A stretch of 32,000 nucleotides of DNA from Sulfolobus acidocaldarius DSM 639 (GCF_000012285.1 NC_007181.1:360001-392000), one strand, 5' to 3'; positions 1 to 9,596 are shown, numbered from the stretch's first letter. The notes: generated by a model from the letters alone, not told the origin. Program-made: numbers and translations.

Positions 1-1
1 C

Positions 2-874
2 ATGGCACTCTTCATATACGCTTTAGGCTATAATCCATTAGTCTGGAGAATACCTTCATGGATTTTAGGTGATCTCACAATTATTATTGCCTTTCTAATG
101 GCTAGAAAACTTATCGGAAACAATGTATTGGGAAATGTATCTGGGTTAATTGCATCTGTACTGATTGCATTAGACCCAAACATATGGGTTATGCACGGAA
201 TTGCTATGCTCGAGATATATGCTGGATTTTTCTCCCTCTTCACACTCTATCTTCTGCTCTCAGATAGAATAAAGTCGTCTTCTGTAGGTTTAGGTTTAGC
301 ATTCCTGGCTAAAGAGAGCTTGCTACCCCTTCTTATACCATACATATATTATCTAGGAGAGATAGTAAAACAACGTACCAAGAGAGTTATTTATGGGATA
401 CTTATTCCGGTAGCAATATACGTGGCTTTTTCAATACCATTAATTATCTATTTTGGTGGTATAAAACAATGGTTAGATGCGTCATTTCTGCACATGCTAA
501 GTTGGGATGTTACTAATGGGCACATTTCCCTTTCTGCAACAAACCAGATAAGTGCACCGTGGGATTGGTTCTTAGATATTCACCCATTTTTCTTAGGCTA
601 TGGACTATATGCTAATGTGAATCCGCTTCTAATGTGGGCTTGGGTCGTAACTACACCATTAGCCTTTATAATGAAAGACATTAAACTAATTATCTTCACC
701 ATGTCTGCATGGTCTATATGGCTGGGTTTTGTAGCCGTATACTTTCTGGGAAATCATACATTGTTCAGCTTCTATGTTACTGATTTTGCTACAATCTCAG
801 ATGTTTACGTGCCTATCTCATTATTTAAATTTCTTAACTGGATAGAACTAAGGAATAAGGGTGAAAATAATTGA
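2..874 (+). CDS. Multi-pass membrane protein, ArnT/PMT-like glycosyltransferase family (probably 5'-truncated by the window edge)
   Basis: ORF with many hydrophobic TM segments; sits directly upstream of a sugar nucleotidyltransferase with a 4-nt overlap; starts at the window edge. Confidence 0.5.
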   Translation: MALFIYALGYNPLVWRIPSWILGDLTIIIAFLMARKLIGNNVLGNVSGLIASVLIALDPNIWVMHGIAMLEIYAGFFSLFTLYLLLSDRIKSSSVGLGLAFLAKESLLPLLIPYIYYLGEIVKQRTKRVIYGILIPVAIYVAFSIPLIIYFGGIKQWLDASFLHMLSWDVTNGHISLSATNQISAPWDWFLDIHPFFLGYGLYANVNPLLMWAWVVTTPLAFIMKDIKLIIFTMSAWSIWLGFVAVYFLGNHTLFSFYVTDFATISDVYVPISLFKFLNWIELRNKGENN

Positions 875-1644
875 TCGAGAAGGCTGTTATTACCGCAGCA
901 GGTAAGGGAAGTAGAATGAAATACATAACTACAGTGCTTCCAAAGGCACTTTTACCTCTTTTTAGTAGTGAAAATGGAGATCTAATTACGAGACCTGTTA
1001 TAGATCTTATTTTTGATTCTTTGTCTTCTGTTGGAGTTAAAAAGTTCTGTATAGTTGTTGGAAAACATGGAAAATTATTGATGGACTATCTATTTGATAT
1101 GGGGGTTACTTTTGTATTTCAACCTCATCCGAAAGGGTTCGGTGATGCAGTATTAAAAGCTGAAGACTTCTCTAGTAACGACCCATTCATAGTTCATGCT
1201 GATGATGGAGTATTAACAGGAGGGTATAAGGAGGCTGTCTCACTTTTTGATGAGGTAAAACCAGATGCTGTGCTTTTACTTAGAGAAGTTAAGAATCCTA
1301 AGAGATATGGTATAGTTGATGTTAAAGATGAAGGAGAGTATATGGGGCATAAAATGTATAGAGTGATTGAAGCTCAAGAAAAACCCCAAAATCCTAGGTC
1401 AAACATAGGTATATCTGCTGTATACATATTTTCTCCAAAAATATTTCAGGGTTTGAATAAGGTTAAAGTAGAGGAGGGAAAAGAGCTCGAACTAACATAC
1501 GGAATTCAAAATATCATAAGCGAAGGCGGTGAGGTATATGGAATTCTGTTGAAAGATGAAAAATGGTTAAATGTAGGAGATCCAGTAAGTTATATCGACG
1601 CTTTAAACCTCACTTACTCTTTTCATGTTAAGAAGTATCAGTGA
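871..1644 (+). CDS. Sugar-phosphate nucleotidyltransferase (UTP--glucose-1-phosphate uridylyltransferase-like)
   Basis: N-terminal AAGKGSRMKYITTVLPKALLPL signature and HADDGVLTGG; TTG start overlapping the previous stop. Confidence 0.85.
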   Translation: MIEKAVITAAGKGSRMKYITTVLPKALLPLFSSENGDLITRPVIDLIFDSLSSVGVKKFCIVVGKHGKLLMDYLFDMGVTFVFQPHPKGFGDAVLKAEDFSSNDPFIVHADDGVLTGGYKEAVSLFDEVKPDAVLLLREVKNPKRYGIVDVKDEGEYMGHKMYRVIEAQEKPQNPRSNIGISAVYIFSPKIFQGLNKVKVEEGKELELTYGIQNIISEGGEVYGILLKDEKWLNVGDPVSYIDALNLTYSFHVKKYQ

Positions 1645-1696
1645 TTTTCCAAGAACGATCAAGAAATCAAGTAAAAAGATAAATCATGATTTATGT

Positions 1697-2878
1697 TTAT
1701 CTTACTCTTTTAACGTATTGTGGTTTTCTCCATTTAGTCTTTGGCAATATAACATGCTTAAATCTCTCTAACCTAGTCTTATAAGGTAGTAGATCCTTTA
1801 TCATTATTTTAACATCCTCAGGTAATCTCTTTTTAGGATAAAATCCTAAGGATGGCAACACTTTCCTCTCAGGGTTGTAGTAATGCTCTTCCGCCTCCAC
1901 TCTAGGATTTTCGTATGAACCTATTTCCACATTTAATCCTAGCTCCTCTCCAGCCTTCTTTACAAATTCAGCTATTTTCTTAACACTATATATCTCTGCA
2001 AACTGATTAGCAACTCTATATTCCCCTTGTTTAGGAGGATTCTCCAAGAGCAAGGTTAATGCTTGGATACTGTCCTCTAATGATATAAATCCTCTAGTTT
2101 GACCACCCTTTCCATAAACTGTTAGTGGAAGCCCGAGGATGGCTTCTACACAATATCGATTAACCACAGTTCCCCAAACCTCGTCAAAGTCAAACCTAGT
2201 CCTCAGTGTTTCCTCCACAATCTCTTCTGTTCTAGTACCGTATACAGGACCTTGCATTATATCAGTGACAGTGAGCCCGTAAAGTTCTTGGAAATGAAGA
2301 AGAAAATCAGTATCATGAACCTTAGTCCAGTGATAAACAGAACCCGCTTTTCTAGGAACTATTATCTTATCTTTCTTACCATTAACTATAGCTTCAACAT
2401 ATATACTCTCAGGTATATCGAAAGCAGGTGTTCCATACTCACCCATGGTACCCATCTTCAATATATGTATTGTTGGATCTACCTCCAATACAGCTTGGAT
2501 AACTCTCAAAGTGCTTACCTCATTATTTATAACTGTGTAGACCGCGTGATCCATGTCTATCATAGAGTACGGAGCAGATCTCTGCTCAGCGAAGTGCACT
2601 ATGGCATCAGGTTTATATCTCTGTACTATGTCCTTAAAGAATCCATAATTAGTAATATCCCCCACGTAAAAGGTTATGTCTACACCCAAATGTTTCTTTG
2701 CCTCACTCACCCTCTCCTGTGGTTGAGGCAAAGGAAAAGCTGAATCTGACCCAACCTCTTCTGAAAACCTCCTTGTCGACAAGTTATCGATACCAATTAC
2801 CTCATGACCTCTTTTAGCTAACCTTAATGCCAATGGCCATCCTAAATGACCATCAATTCCTAGTACTAGAATCCTCAT
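1697..2878 (-). CDS. agl3: UDP-sulfoquinovose synthase (NAD-dependent epimerase family), Agl3-type S-layer N-glycosylation enzyme
   Basis: Rossmann start MRILVLGIDGHLGWPLALRLAKRGHEVIGIDN; SQD1-like HFAEQRSAPYSMID and YxxxK (YHWTK). Confidence 0.9.
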   Translation of the reverse strand: MRILVLGIDGHLGWPLALRLAKRGHEVIGIDNLSTRRFSEEVGSDSAFPLPQPQERVSEAKKHLGVDITFYVGDITNYGFFKDIVQRYKPDAIVHFAEQRSAPYSMIDMDHAVYTVINNEVSTLRVIQAVLEVDPTIHILKMGTMGEYGTPAFDIPESIYVEAIVNGKKDKIIVPRKAGSVYHWTKVHDTDFLLHFQELYGLTVTDIMQGPVYGTRTEEIVEETLRTRFDFDEVWGTVVNRYCVEAILGLPLTVYGKGGQTRGFISLEDSIQALTLLLENPPKQGEYRVANQFAEIYSVKKIAEFVKKAGEELGLNVEIGSYENPRVEAEEHYYNPERKVLPSLGFYPKKRLPEDVKIMIKDLLPYKTRLERFKHVILPKTKWRKPQYVKRVR

Positions 2879-2923
2879 TACGCTTCGAGAATATTTATAT
2901 TATATAGATTAATAAATGTAATC
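2879..2923. promoter_or_regulatory. 45-bp divergent promoter region between agl3 and the sugar kinase
   Basis: Head-to-head genes; AT-rich core atatttatattatatagatt usable as a TATA box in both directions. Confidence 0.55.
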
Positions 2924-3823
2924 ATGATTATAGTTGGCATAGACGCAGGAGGAACAAAGACTAAGGCAGTAGCTTACACTTGTGACGGTCAATATATAGG
3001 CGAGGGGGAAACAGGACCAGGCAATTATCATAACGTAGGATTAAGTAAGGCAATTAACAACATAAGGGAGGCTGCCCTTAAGGCAACAAAAGGAGAAGAA
3101 CCTGATGTAATATCAATTGGAGCTGCAGGGTTAGATTCGAGATATGATTATGAAAGTTTTAACTCCTTAGCGTCAACTGTAGCTAAAAAAGTTATAGTAA
3201 ACCACGATGGAGTTATAGCCCTTTTTGCAGAAACATTAGGAGAGAAAGGTGTAGTAGTAATCTCTGGGACTGGAAGTGTAGTGGAGGGATACGATGGAAA
3301 GGATTTCCACAGAATTGGTGGAAGAGGATGGTTACTCTCTGATGTAGGATCAGCCTATTGGGTTGGTAGAAGAGCATTAAGGGCTGTTTTAGAGGTAATG
3401 GATGGTCTTAGGCAAAAGAGTAACTTATATTATAAAGTTTTAGAGAAAATTAGAGTAAAAGACTTAGATGATCTTGTGCTTTGGTCCTATACTAGCAGTT
3501 GTCAGGCGGACATAATAGCCTCAGTCGCTGAGGCTGTAAACAGCTCCGCACTCACAGGTGACGAACTGGCAATCAGTATTTTGAAGGAAGGTGCGGAGAA
3601 GTTAGCAAATCAAGCTGTCCTAATGGCTAGAAGATTAAACGTTAACACTGTATATATGAAGGGAGGAATGTTTAAGTCACCAATCTACTTAGCAACATTT
3701 AAGAACTATTTATCGTTGTACGGGATCAAAGGAGAAGTAGGAAAAAGAAATCCTGAATTAGGAGCTATGGTCATAGCATTCAAGGAATTAGGGTGCAGTA
3801 TAGAAAAGTTACTGAACGGATAA
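2924..3823 (+). CDS. BadF/BadG-type sugar kinase (N-acetylglucosamine kinase / archaeal hexokinase-like)
   Basis: MIIVGIDAGGTKTKAVAY, VISGTGSVVEGY, GRGWLLSDVGSAYWVGRRAL motifs of the ASKHA sugar kinase family. Confidence 0.85.
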   Translation: MIIVGIDAGGTKTKAVAYTCDGQYIGEGETGPGNYHNVGLSKAINNIREAALKATKGEEPDVISIGAAGLDSRYDYESFNSLASTVAKKVIVNHDGVIALFAETLGEKGVVVISGTGSVVEGYDGKDFHRIGGRGWLLSDVGSAYWVGRRALRAVLEVMDGLRQKSNLYYKVLEKIRVKDLDDLVLWSYTSSCQADIIASVAEAVNSSALTGDELAISILKEGAEKLANQAVLMARRLNVNTVYMKGGMFKSPIYLATFKNYLSLYGIKGEVGKRNPELGAMVIAFKELGCSIEKLLNG

Positions 3824-5248
3824 GCTTACACCCTCACTCCTTAAGTCAGCTACTGCATAGTATCTATCGCTTTTCCTCTTCAGAGCTTGAACTACCCCTA
3901 CCTCAGGTGTGAAATAGTCAAGTTGCTGGAAAGGCAAATTCAACCTCTTCTCAGCTACAATCTTATCGCTCAATAATATGAATCTCGGAGCATTAACAGC
4001 CTCATCAATCTCCATGTTGTAATCAGCATAATACTGAAACACTTCAGCATGAATTTGAGGTCTAAGATCTCCACCAGCACATCCTATAAACAAGCTCTCG
4101 TCGTCTTTTTCTGCGTAGAGTATTGATAAGGTGTGCAATGGTCTCTTTCTGGGTTCTGGTTTGTTATTTCCTTCTGTAAATCCAAACCCCCTGTTATTAA
4201 ACGGAAACTGTTTCACAGTGATTCCTGATCCGAAATGGAAAAATAGACTTTGTATGAAACCAACTTCATTTTCGCCATCTGCTACCACAAAGAAAGTTGT
4301 GTCCTCAGTTCTCAGTATACGGTTAGGTAATATACCCATCTCTCTCAATTTTACTCTTAATACGTTTTCATCTAATAGGTTAATTTCCGGTGAGTAAAAA
4401 CGAGGGTCAGTAACATATCTGTCCCTATCATTATATCCAATTGCAAAGATTTTCACCATCTCTTTTACTCTTTCTATATCGTCAAACTTATGCTTCCATG
4501 TTTCCACCATTTCAGACAACTTAAGTATCTCAAGAGTCGTTATGCCTTGGCTATTAGGAGGAAGTTCATAAAGTGTGAAATCCCTATAAGTAGATTTTAT
4601 AGGTTTAACCTCCTCACCCCTGAAATTGGCGAAATCAGAAAACTCCATTTCTACACCCTGTTTATTTAAGCCCAGGACTATTTCTTCCATTAGTTTGCCT
4701 TCATAAAACTCTCTAGGATTTCTAGAAATTACTTTCAGTGCTTCTCCTAGTTCTCTAAGTTTAATGAAGTCCCCAGCCATTCTGCCTTTGTACAGTTTAG
4801 ACCAACTTTCAGGCATATCAATGGCTCTAGATATGGCTCTCCCCAGCTCTTTTCCTATGTAGAAACCATTTGTAGCTAACTTTACAGCTGGTTGCAAAAC
4901 AGTCTGCAAGTCTAAGCTCATGAATTTCCTCTCTATGTAATCCCACATGTCCACTAACCCAGGAACTAAAACTGTTGATGGGTGTCTAGGGCTCGGTATT
5001 TTTTGAATCTTCAGATTTTTTGAAGTCCACCCTGAAGCGTTATAAGCTATCAAACCCTCAGGGGTATTTGCCAAGAGAAAACCATCTCCGCCCAGTCCAC
5101 TAGTGTAGGGTAAAACAACCGAAAGAACTGCGCTTACTCCTACAGCTGCATCAAATGCATTTCCGCCCGTTTCAAGTATCTTAGCACCAACATATGTAGC
5201 CAACTGATTTTGACTAGCAACCACTTTTTTACCTATACTAACTTTCAT
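3809..5248 (-). CDS. ggt: Gamma-glutamyltransferase-family protein (Ntn hydrolase)
   Basis: GGNAFDAAVGVSAVLSVVLPYTSGLGGDGF; TEDTTFFVVADGENEVGFIQSLFFHFGSG around the catalytic Thr; GGAGGD-like CAGGDLRPQ. Confidence 0.85.
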   Translation of the reverse strand: MKVSIGKKVVASQNQLATYVGAKILETGGNAFDAAVGVSAVLSVVLPYTSGLGGDGFLLANTPEGLIAYNASGWTSKNLKIQKIPSPRHPSTVLVPGLVDMWDYIERKFMSLDLQTVLQPAVKLATNGFYIGKELGRAISRAIDMPESWSKLYKGRMAGDFIKLRELGEALKVISRNPREFYEGKLMEEIVLGLNKQGVEMEFSDFANFRGEEVKPIKSTYRDFTLYELPPNSQGITTLEILKLSEMVETWKHKFDDIERVKEMVKIFAIGYNDRDRYVTDPRFYSPEINLLDENVLRVKLREMGILPNRILRTEDTTFFVVADGENEVGFIQSLFFHFGSGITVKQFPFNNRGFGFTEGNNKPEPRKRPLHTLSILYAEKDDESLFIGCAGGDLRPQIHAEVFQYYADYNMEIDEAVNAPRFILLSDKIVAEKRLNLPFQQLDYFTPEVGVVQALKRKSDRYYAVADLRSEGVSLSVQ

Positions 5249-5285
5249 ACCATGTTATTTTTTATCCAAAAGTAAATAAGAGAAT

Positions 5286-5651
5286 ATGATGGAAATTCCA
5301 GAGAATGTCAAAAAGGAACTAAAAGATGGCGTTTGTGTAGCCTGTTGCGATAACATTGTTATATGCATGAGTGAAGATCTGCCCACGAACCCCAATGCAG
5401 ATACAGATCTTGAAGTGGATAGGGAAGGTGGTGAAATAATAATTAGACACATAATTAAGGATAATCCTGATAATCCCTTATATTTAGAATATCCTGCAGA
5501 CAGGAAGTTTGTAGAAAATGTTAGTAAAGCGAACGGAAGCGTAAAAATATTCTTTGTAGATCAAAAGTTCAATGAAAAGTCAACATTCATAGTGAAGCTA
5601 AATAAAGAAGACTTAAGATTACTAAGGAGGGAAATTGGTCTTGGACCTTAA
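5286..5651 (+). CDS. Conserved hypothetical protein, 121 aa
   Basis: ORF with ATG about 30 bp downstream of a TATA-like tract; overlaps the mazG-like gene by 17 nt. Confidence 0.6.
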   Translation: MMEIPENVKKELKDGVCVACCDNIVICMSEDLPTNPNADTDLEVDREGGEIIIRHIIKDNPDNPLYLEYPADRKFVENVSKANGSVKIFFVDQKFNEKSTFIVKLNKEDLRLLRREIGLGP

Positions 5652-5886
5652 GTACATCCAGGAAAAGATGAAAGAGCTTTATTACGTTAAGGATTCAGAG
5701 AGAGGAGTATACGCTACTTTTACGTGGTTGGTAGAAGAGGTTGGGGAACTAGCTGAAGCACTATTATCAAAAAATAAGGATTCGTTAGAAGAAGAGTTGG
5801 CTGACGTTTTAGCGTGGACTGTGTCAGTAGCTAACCTAGTAGGAATAGATTTGGAAGAAGCTTTAAGGAAGAAATACCACATATAA
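5635..5886 (+). CDS. mazG: MazG-family nucleotide pyrophosphohydrolase
   Basis: TFTWLVEEVGELAEALLSKNKDSLEEELADVLAWTVSVANLVGIDLEEAL: ExxE plus ExxD signature. Confidence 0.85.
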   Translation: MVLDLKYIQEKMKELYYVKDSERGVYATFTWLVEEVGELAEALLSKNKDSLEEELADVLAWTVSVANLVGIDLEEALRKKYHI

Positions 5887-8208
5887 ATGATGGAAAAAAA
5901 GGAATTCTTTGAAATTCTAAGGAACTCAATGTTAGATAGTAAGGATAGATATTACAGAAATTTAGTATTTATTCAAGATGAATCGGATATTTTACGTCAT
6001 GTTTTAGAAGTTTTACAGCTTTACTTAGACATAAATCCAGATCCCCTTATAGCATATGCATTTCATCCCTGGGCTAAGGGGGCTAAGGATAGACTTGAGG
6101 AACTAAGAAAGATTGTTAAAAATAGCGAGAAACTCATAGATATCGATTACTCAAGCTCTGAAAGATATCTAGGTTCTACTTTTGATGTTGCTATTCTAGA
6201 TTTAGTAGATAACTTTGAACCCAATCACATAGGTAGATTAGTGGATTTAGTAAGAGGTGGCGGATTAATAATACTTTACACAAACGACTTAAAGAATAAT
6301 AAGATATTTAAAAATTCTATCCTTAGGGAGGGAAAGGTACTTGATGTTTATGAAACGAGATTTATAAGAAAACTAACCGAGCATGAGGGCATCTTCGTCA
6401 TATCTAACTCCGAATACTACGCAAAGCCTTTTAAGGGTGAGGTGAAGGAAAAACCCTCACCACAATTACCTAAAAAGCCTACAATGCCAGTAGAGTTGCA
6501 TTCCTTATGCCTTAGCTCTGATCAAAACAAAGTTTTAGAGTCATTTATCGGAATGAGATACGGATCAAGAAAAGTTCTAGTTATAACGGCTTCTAGAGGA
6601 AGAGGTAAAAGTGCGGTAACTGGACTAGGTATGGCAGGTCTAATATTTAAACATGGCTTTAGAAAGGGACGAAAATACAAGATAATAGTTACTGCACCTT
6701 CAATAGCAAGCTCTTCACAGACTATGGAATTCCTCAAGAGAGGTCTTGACGCATTGGGAGTAGAATACAGGGAAAAAAGATCTCCTATGGGGTTCATAAA
6801 TAGCCTTGAAGGAGAAGGATTCAGAGTATTTTTTGAGATACCTGAAGCTACTTTAGAGCATGAGGGTGATTTACTTGTCGTGGATGAGGCAGCAGCGATA
6901 GGTATTGGGTATATTGATTCAGCTCTCAAGACATGGAAAAAGGTCGTTCTCGTAACGACTGTTCACGGTTATGAAGGTTCAGGTAAAGCATTCCTAAGAT
7001 ACCTAAATAGATTGCTTAAACAGAGAAAAACTACAGTGTATTGGGAGGAAATGAGAAAACCTCTAAGGTATGCTGAAGGCGATCCTATTGAGAAATGGTT
7101 GTACGATTCGTTATTACTTGATGCAGAACCGGAGGATGTGCAACAAGAGATCGATAAAGTGTATTTCGAAACCTTAGACAAGGAAGAGTTATTCTCAGAT
7201 GATCGTAAATTGAGGCAAGTTTATGGAATTTTGGTCACAGCTCATTACAGAAATAATCCCAATGACCTGATGATAATGGGAGATGGGATTCATCATACAA
7301 TAAAGGGATTAAGTATTGAGGGCACGAATAGTTACATAGGAGTAGTACAGATAGCTAATGAGGGAGGTTTATCTGATGAGCTAATACATTCAGCATTAAT
7401 GGGTGTGACATTTGATGGAGATCTTATACCAGATAGAATGATAAAACACTCTAGGCTGATAGAATTCGGAAAGATGAAAGGATGGAGAATTGTAAGAATA
7501 GCAGTAATGCAAGAACTACAGGACAAGGGATTCGGAAGCCAGATGTTAGAGATGATAATCGAAGATGCTAAGAGGCAGGAAATTGATTGGGTTGGATCCT
7601 CATTTATGGGAGATATGAGAGTACTTAATTTCTGGATTAGAAACGGATTCTACCCTGTTCATGTTTCGCCCAAGAAAAATGAAAAACTTGGGGATTACCC
7701 TGTAATAGTAATAAAGCCTATAAGCGAAATTGCAACTAAGGCAGTAAGAGTAGCAGCATATGTATTGAAGGAAAAACTACTTAACACCTTACATGATGTT
7801 TACTTTTCCATGGACCCAGAAATTGCCCAAATAATACTCAGTGGTATAAAAGTTCATAAAGAAGTTAAGATAAACCCGATATACGTAGATAAAGCAGTAG
7901 CATTTCTTCAAGGAGTAAGCCCATATGAATCCTCAGCCGATGGGATTCACCTACTAGCGTTAAAATACTTTTGGGATGCTAAAAGGGAATGGTCCTTAGA
8001 GCCTGAACAAGAAATTTTACTAATAGCAAAAATACTGCAAGGCAGACCATGGAGATTTACTTCAGCCTCACTAAATTCGAATAGAACCGGAGTTAATGAA
8101 ATGTTATATCAGGCTATTGCCGAATTATTATACAGGTACTATTCCTTAAATAGTGAAACAAAAGTAGGAATTAGCTTAGATAAATTGGATGATGACCAAA
8201 TAGACTGA
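5887..8208 (+). CDS. tmcA: tRNA(Met) cytidine acetyltransferase TmcA (NAT10/Kre33 family)
   Basis: Walker A ASRGRGKSAVTG, Walker B DLLVVDEAAAI, GNAT domain VMQELQDKGFGSQMLEMI, overall TmcA architecture. Confidence 0.92.
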   Translation: MMEKKEFFEILRNSMLDSKDRYYRNLVFIQDESDILRHVLEVLQLYLDINPDPLIAYAFHPWAKGAKDRLEELRKIVKNSEKLIDIDYSSSERYLGSTFDVAILDLVDNFEPNHIGRLVDLVRGGGLIILYTNDLKNNKIFKNSILREGKVLDVYETRFIRKLTEHEGIFVISNSEYYAKPFKGEVKEKPSPQLPKKPTMPVELHSLCLSSDQNKVLESFIGMRYGSRKVLVITASRGRGKSAVTGLGMAGLIFKHGFRKGRKYKIIVTAPSIASSSQTMEFLKRGLDALGVEYREKRSPMGFINSLEGEGFRVFFEIPEATLEHEGDLLVVDEAAAIGIGYIDSALKTWKKVVLVTTVHGYEGSGKAFLRYLNRLLKQRKTTVYWEEMRKPLRYAEGDPIEKWLYDSLLLDAEPEDVQQEIDKVYFETLDKEELFSDDRKLRQVYGILVTAHYRNNPNDLMIMGDGIHHTIKGLSIEGTNSYIGVVQIANEGGLSDELIHSALMGVTFDGDLIPDRMIKHSRLIEFGKMKGWRIVRIAVMQELQDKGFGSQMLEMIIEDAKRQEIDWVGSSFMGDMRVLNFWIRNGFYPVHVSPKKNEKLGDYPVIVIKPISEIATKAVRVAAYVLKEKLLNTLHDVYFSMDPEIAQIILSGIKVHKEVKINPIYVDKAVAFLQGVSPYESSADGIHLLALKYFWDAKREWSLEPEQEILLIAKILQGRPWRFTSASLNSNRTGVNEMLYQAIAELLYRYYSLNSETKVGISLDKLDDDQID

Positions 8209-8240
8209 AAGATGAAGAAATGCACCTCAACTGACTAAAT
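8184..8240 (+). ncRNA. C/D-box sRNA candidate overlapping the tmcA stop codon
   Basis: C box ATGATGA 8189-8195, 9-nt guide, D' CTGA 8205-8208, 3-nt spacer, C' ATGAAGA 8212-8218, 12-nt guide aatgcacctcaa, D CTGA 8231-8234. Outer ends are estimates. Confidence 0.7.
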
Positions 8241-9014
8241 GCTAAATATAACCAAAGATAATACAATTGCGATTGAGAACAGTTGGTGTAATCCAACCAC
8301 TATACCAGGCTTCTCAGGATTTCTGTTTATACCCCTGAAAACTAGTAAACCCACTATGCCTTCTATCAGAGCTAGAGCCAATGGAATCCACAACTGCAAT
8401 AAAATTAATGAAAGAAAGAAGATTACTCCTGCTATACTGTGCACAATCCATATCCATTGTAATCTGTTCTTAGGCTTTCTAACGTCACCTATACTGAACC
8501 TCATCTTCCTAGTTCCTGTAACCACACCACCCATGAATATTACAAAATACAAAAAGTGTGGTGGAGTAATTGCGTCTATTATGAAACTAGTAAACCTGCT
8601 AGGATCAAAACCCATTGCTATTAGAAGATATATTACCATTGTCGTATACGCTGCAATGTCATGAAAACCTTGAAATATAGATGGTAATTTTCCTGCTAGT
8701 ACGTAGAGTGTTGCCATTCCAAGTAACGCTGTAAATATAACACTGATAAATCCTGCAATAGAGAGCAGGTTAAAATCAAGAATTAAAATAGTTAAGGAAA
8801 GTAAACCCACTAAAGTTGCAGATATTCTATGCATAGCCTCAGGATCTGCTTTTCTAACAGCAAGATGAACCATGTCTCTAGTATAAGGCCATTTAGTACC
8901 CAATGAAAGACCATAGCCATAACCTTCAACTATACCCCCTAATACTATGGTCAACCCTGCTAGAAATGTGGTAGCTAAAGACAGTTCAATTATCATATGA
9001 GATAATTTTCTCAT
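8235..9014 (-). CDS. ctaA: CtaA/Cox15-like heme A synthase family membrane protein
   Basis: Multi-TM protein with HRISATLVGLL (HR motif) and C-terminal GLHQLFSIAIVLSL (HQ motif) plus WIVHSIAG. Confidence 0.7.
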   Translation of the reverse strand: MRKLSHMIIELSLATTFLAGLTIVLGGIVEGYGYGLSLGTKWPYTRDMVHLAVRKADPEAMHRISATLVGLLSLTILILDFNLLSIAGFISVIFTALLGMATLYVLAGKLPSIFQGFHDIAAYTTMVIYLLIAMGFDPSRFTSFIIDAITPPHFLYFVIFMGGVVTGTRKMRFSIGDVRKPKNRLQWIWIVHSIAGVIFFLSLILLQLWIPLALALIEGIVGLLVFRGINRNPEKPGIVVGLHQLFSIAIVLSLVIFSI

Positions 9015-9275
9015 ATGTTTAAAAAATTCATGTCAATGAAAATAGTTCAGAGTTAAGATGTATTTTCACGACCTATAGGAGGCATAATTGAACGACATGA
9101 TGGAAACTCAAGTGCAATTCACATCTAATATGGTGCCATGATACTGTTCAATAGAAGACTTTATACAATTTGTCTGGGATAGAGATAATTCTAGAAATCA
9201 AGATAATTTCTTTTTGGTGTAAAACTTAATCTATCATAGATAAATGTTATATTCCTGTTGGTTTATGAACTTATT

Positions 9276-9596
9276 ATGAGCCTAATAGATATAATGTGGA
9301 AGCTAGTTAATTACAGTATACCTCTTGCAAATGATGATTTTGAAACGTATTTAACTAAAGATGGTACCATAACTGAGGAAGGTTTAAATTTGTGGAAAGA
9401 TGCAATAAAAGCTATTAGAGAAGCATATAGCAAAATAGATAAGGGAGATAAGCAGAGTAGTTTTAAATTGTTAAGTCAAGCTTTAGAAAAGCTAAATTCC
9501 ATAAAATCGAACAAACCCTTACCTCCAGACGCTAAAGTGAGATTCGAAGAAGTAAAAAATAATGTTTCAAAAGCAATAGAATTATTGAAGTCCTAA
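9276..9596 (+). CDS. Hypothetical helical protein; likely start MSLIDIM (track ORF starts at TTG 9258)
   Basis: ORF; ATG at 9276 is about 30 bp downstream of tgttatatt; C-terminal heptad-like helices. Confidence 0.5.
   Translation: MSLIDIMWKLVNYSIPLANDDFETYLTKDGTITEEGLNLWKDAIKAIREAYSKIDKGDKQSSFKLLSQALEKLNSIKSNKPLPPDAKVRFEEVKNNVSKAIELLKS

Noticed and set aside
28-243. Minus-strand 71-aa ORF
   Set aside because: Antisense to the multi-TM glycosyltransferase-like gene, low-complexity shadow frame with no recognisable domain.
2252-2743. Plus-strand 163-aa ORF
   Set aside because: Antisense shadow of agl3, which has clear epimerase motifs.
7270-7300. ctgatgataatgggagatggg looked like a C box
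   Set aside because: Within the tmcA reading frame and no downstream CTGA at suitable distance.
8239-8664. Plus-strand 141-aa ORF
   Set aside because: Fully antisense to the ctaA-like gene; composition looks like a reverse-complement artefact.
9331-9376. Possible C/D sRNA: ATGATGA (9331-9337) followed by CTGA (9373-9376)
   Set aside because: Inside a coding ORF, no proper D' box (CTAA) and only a poor C' box; motif pair likely by chance in AT-rich coding DNA.
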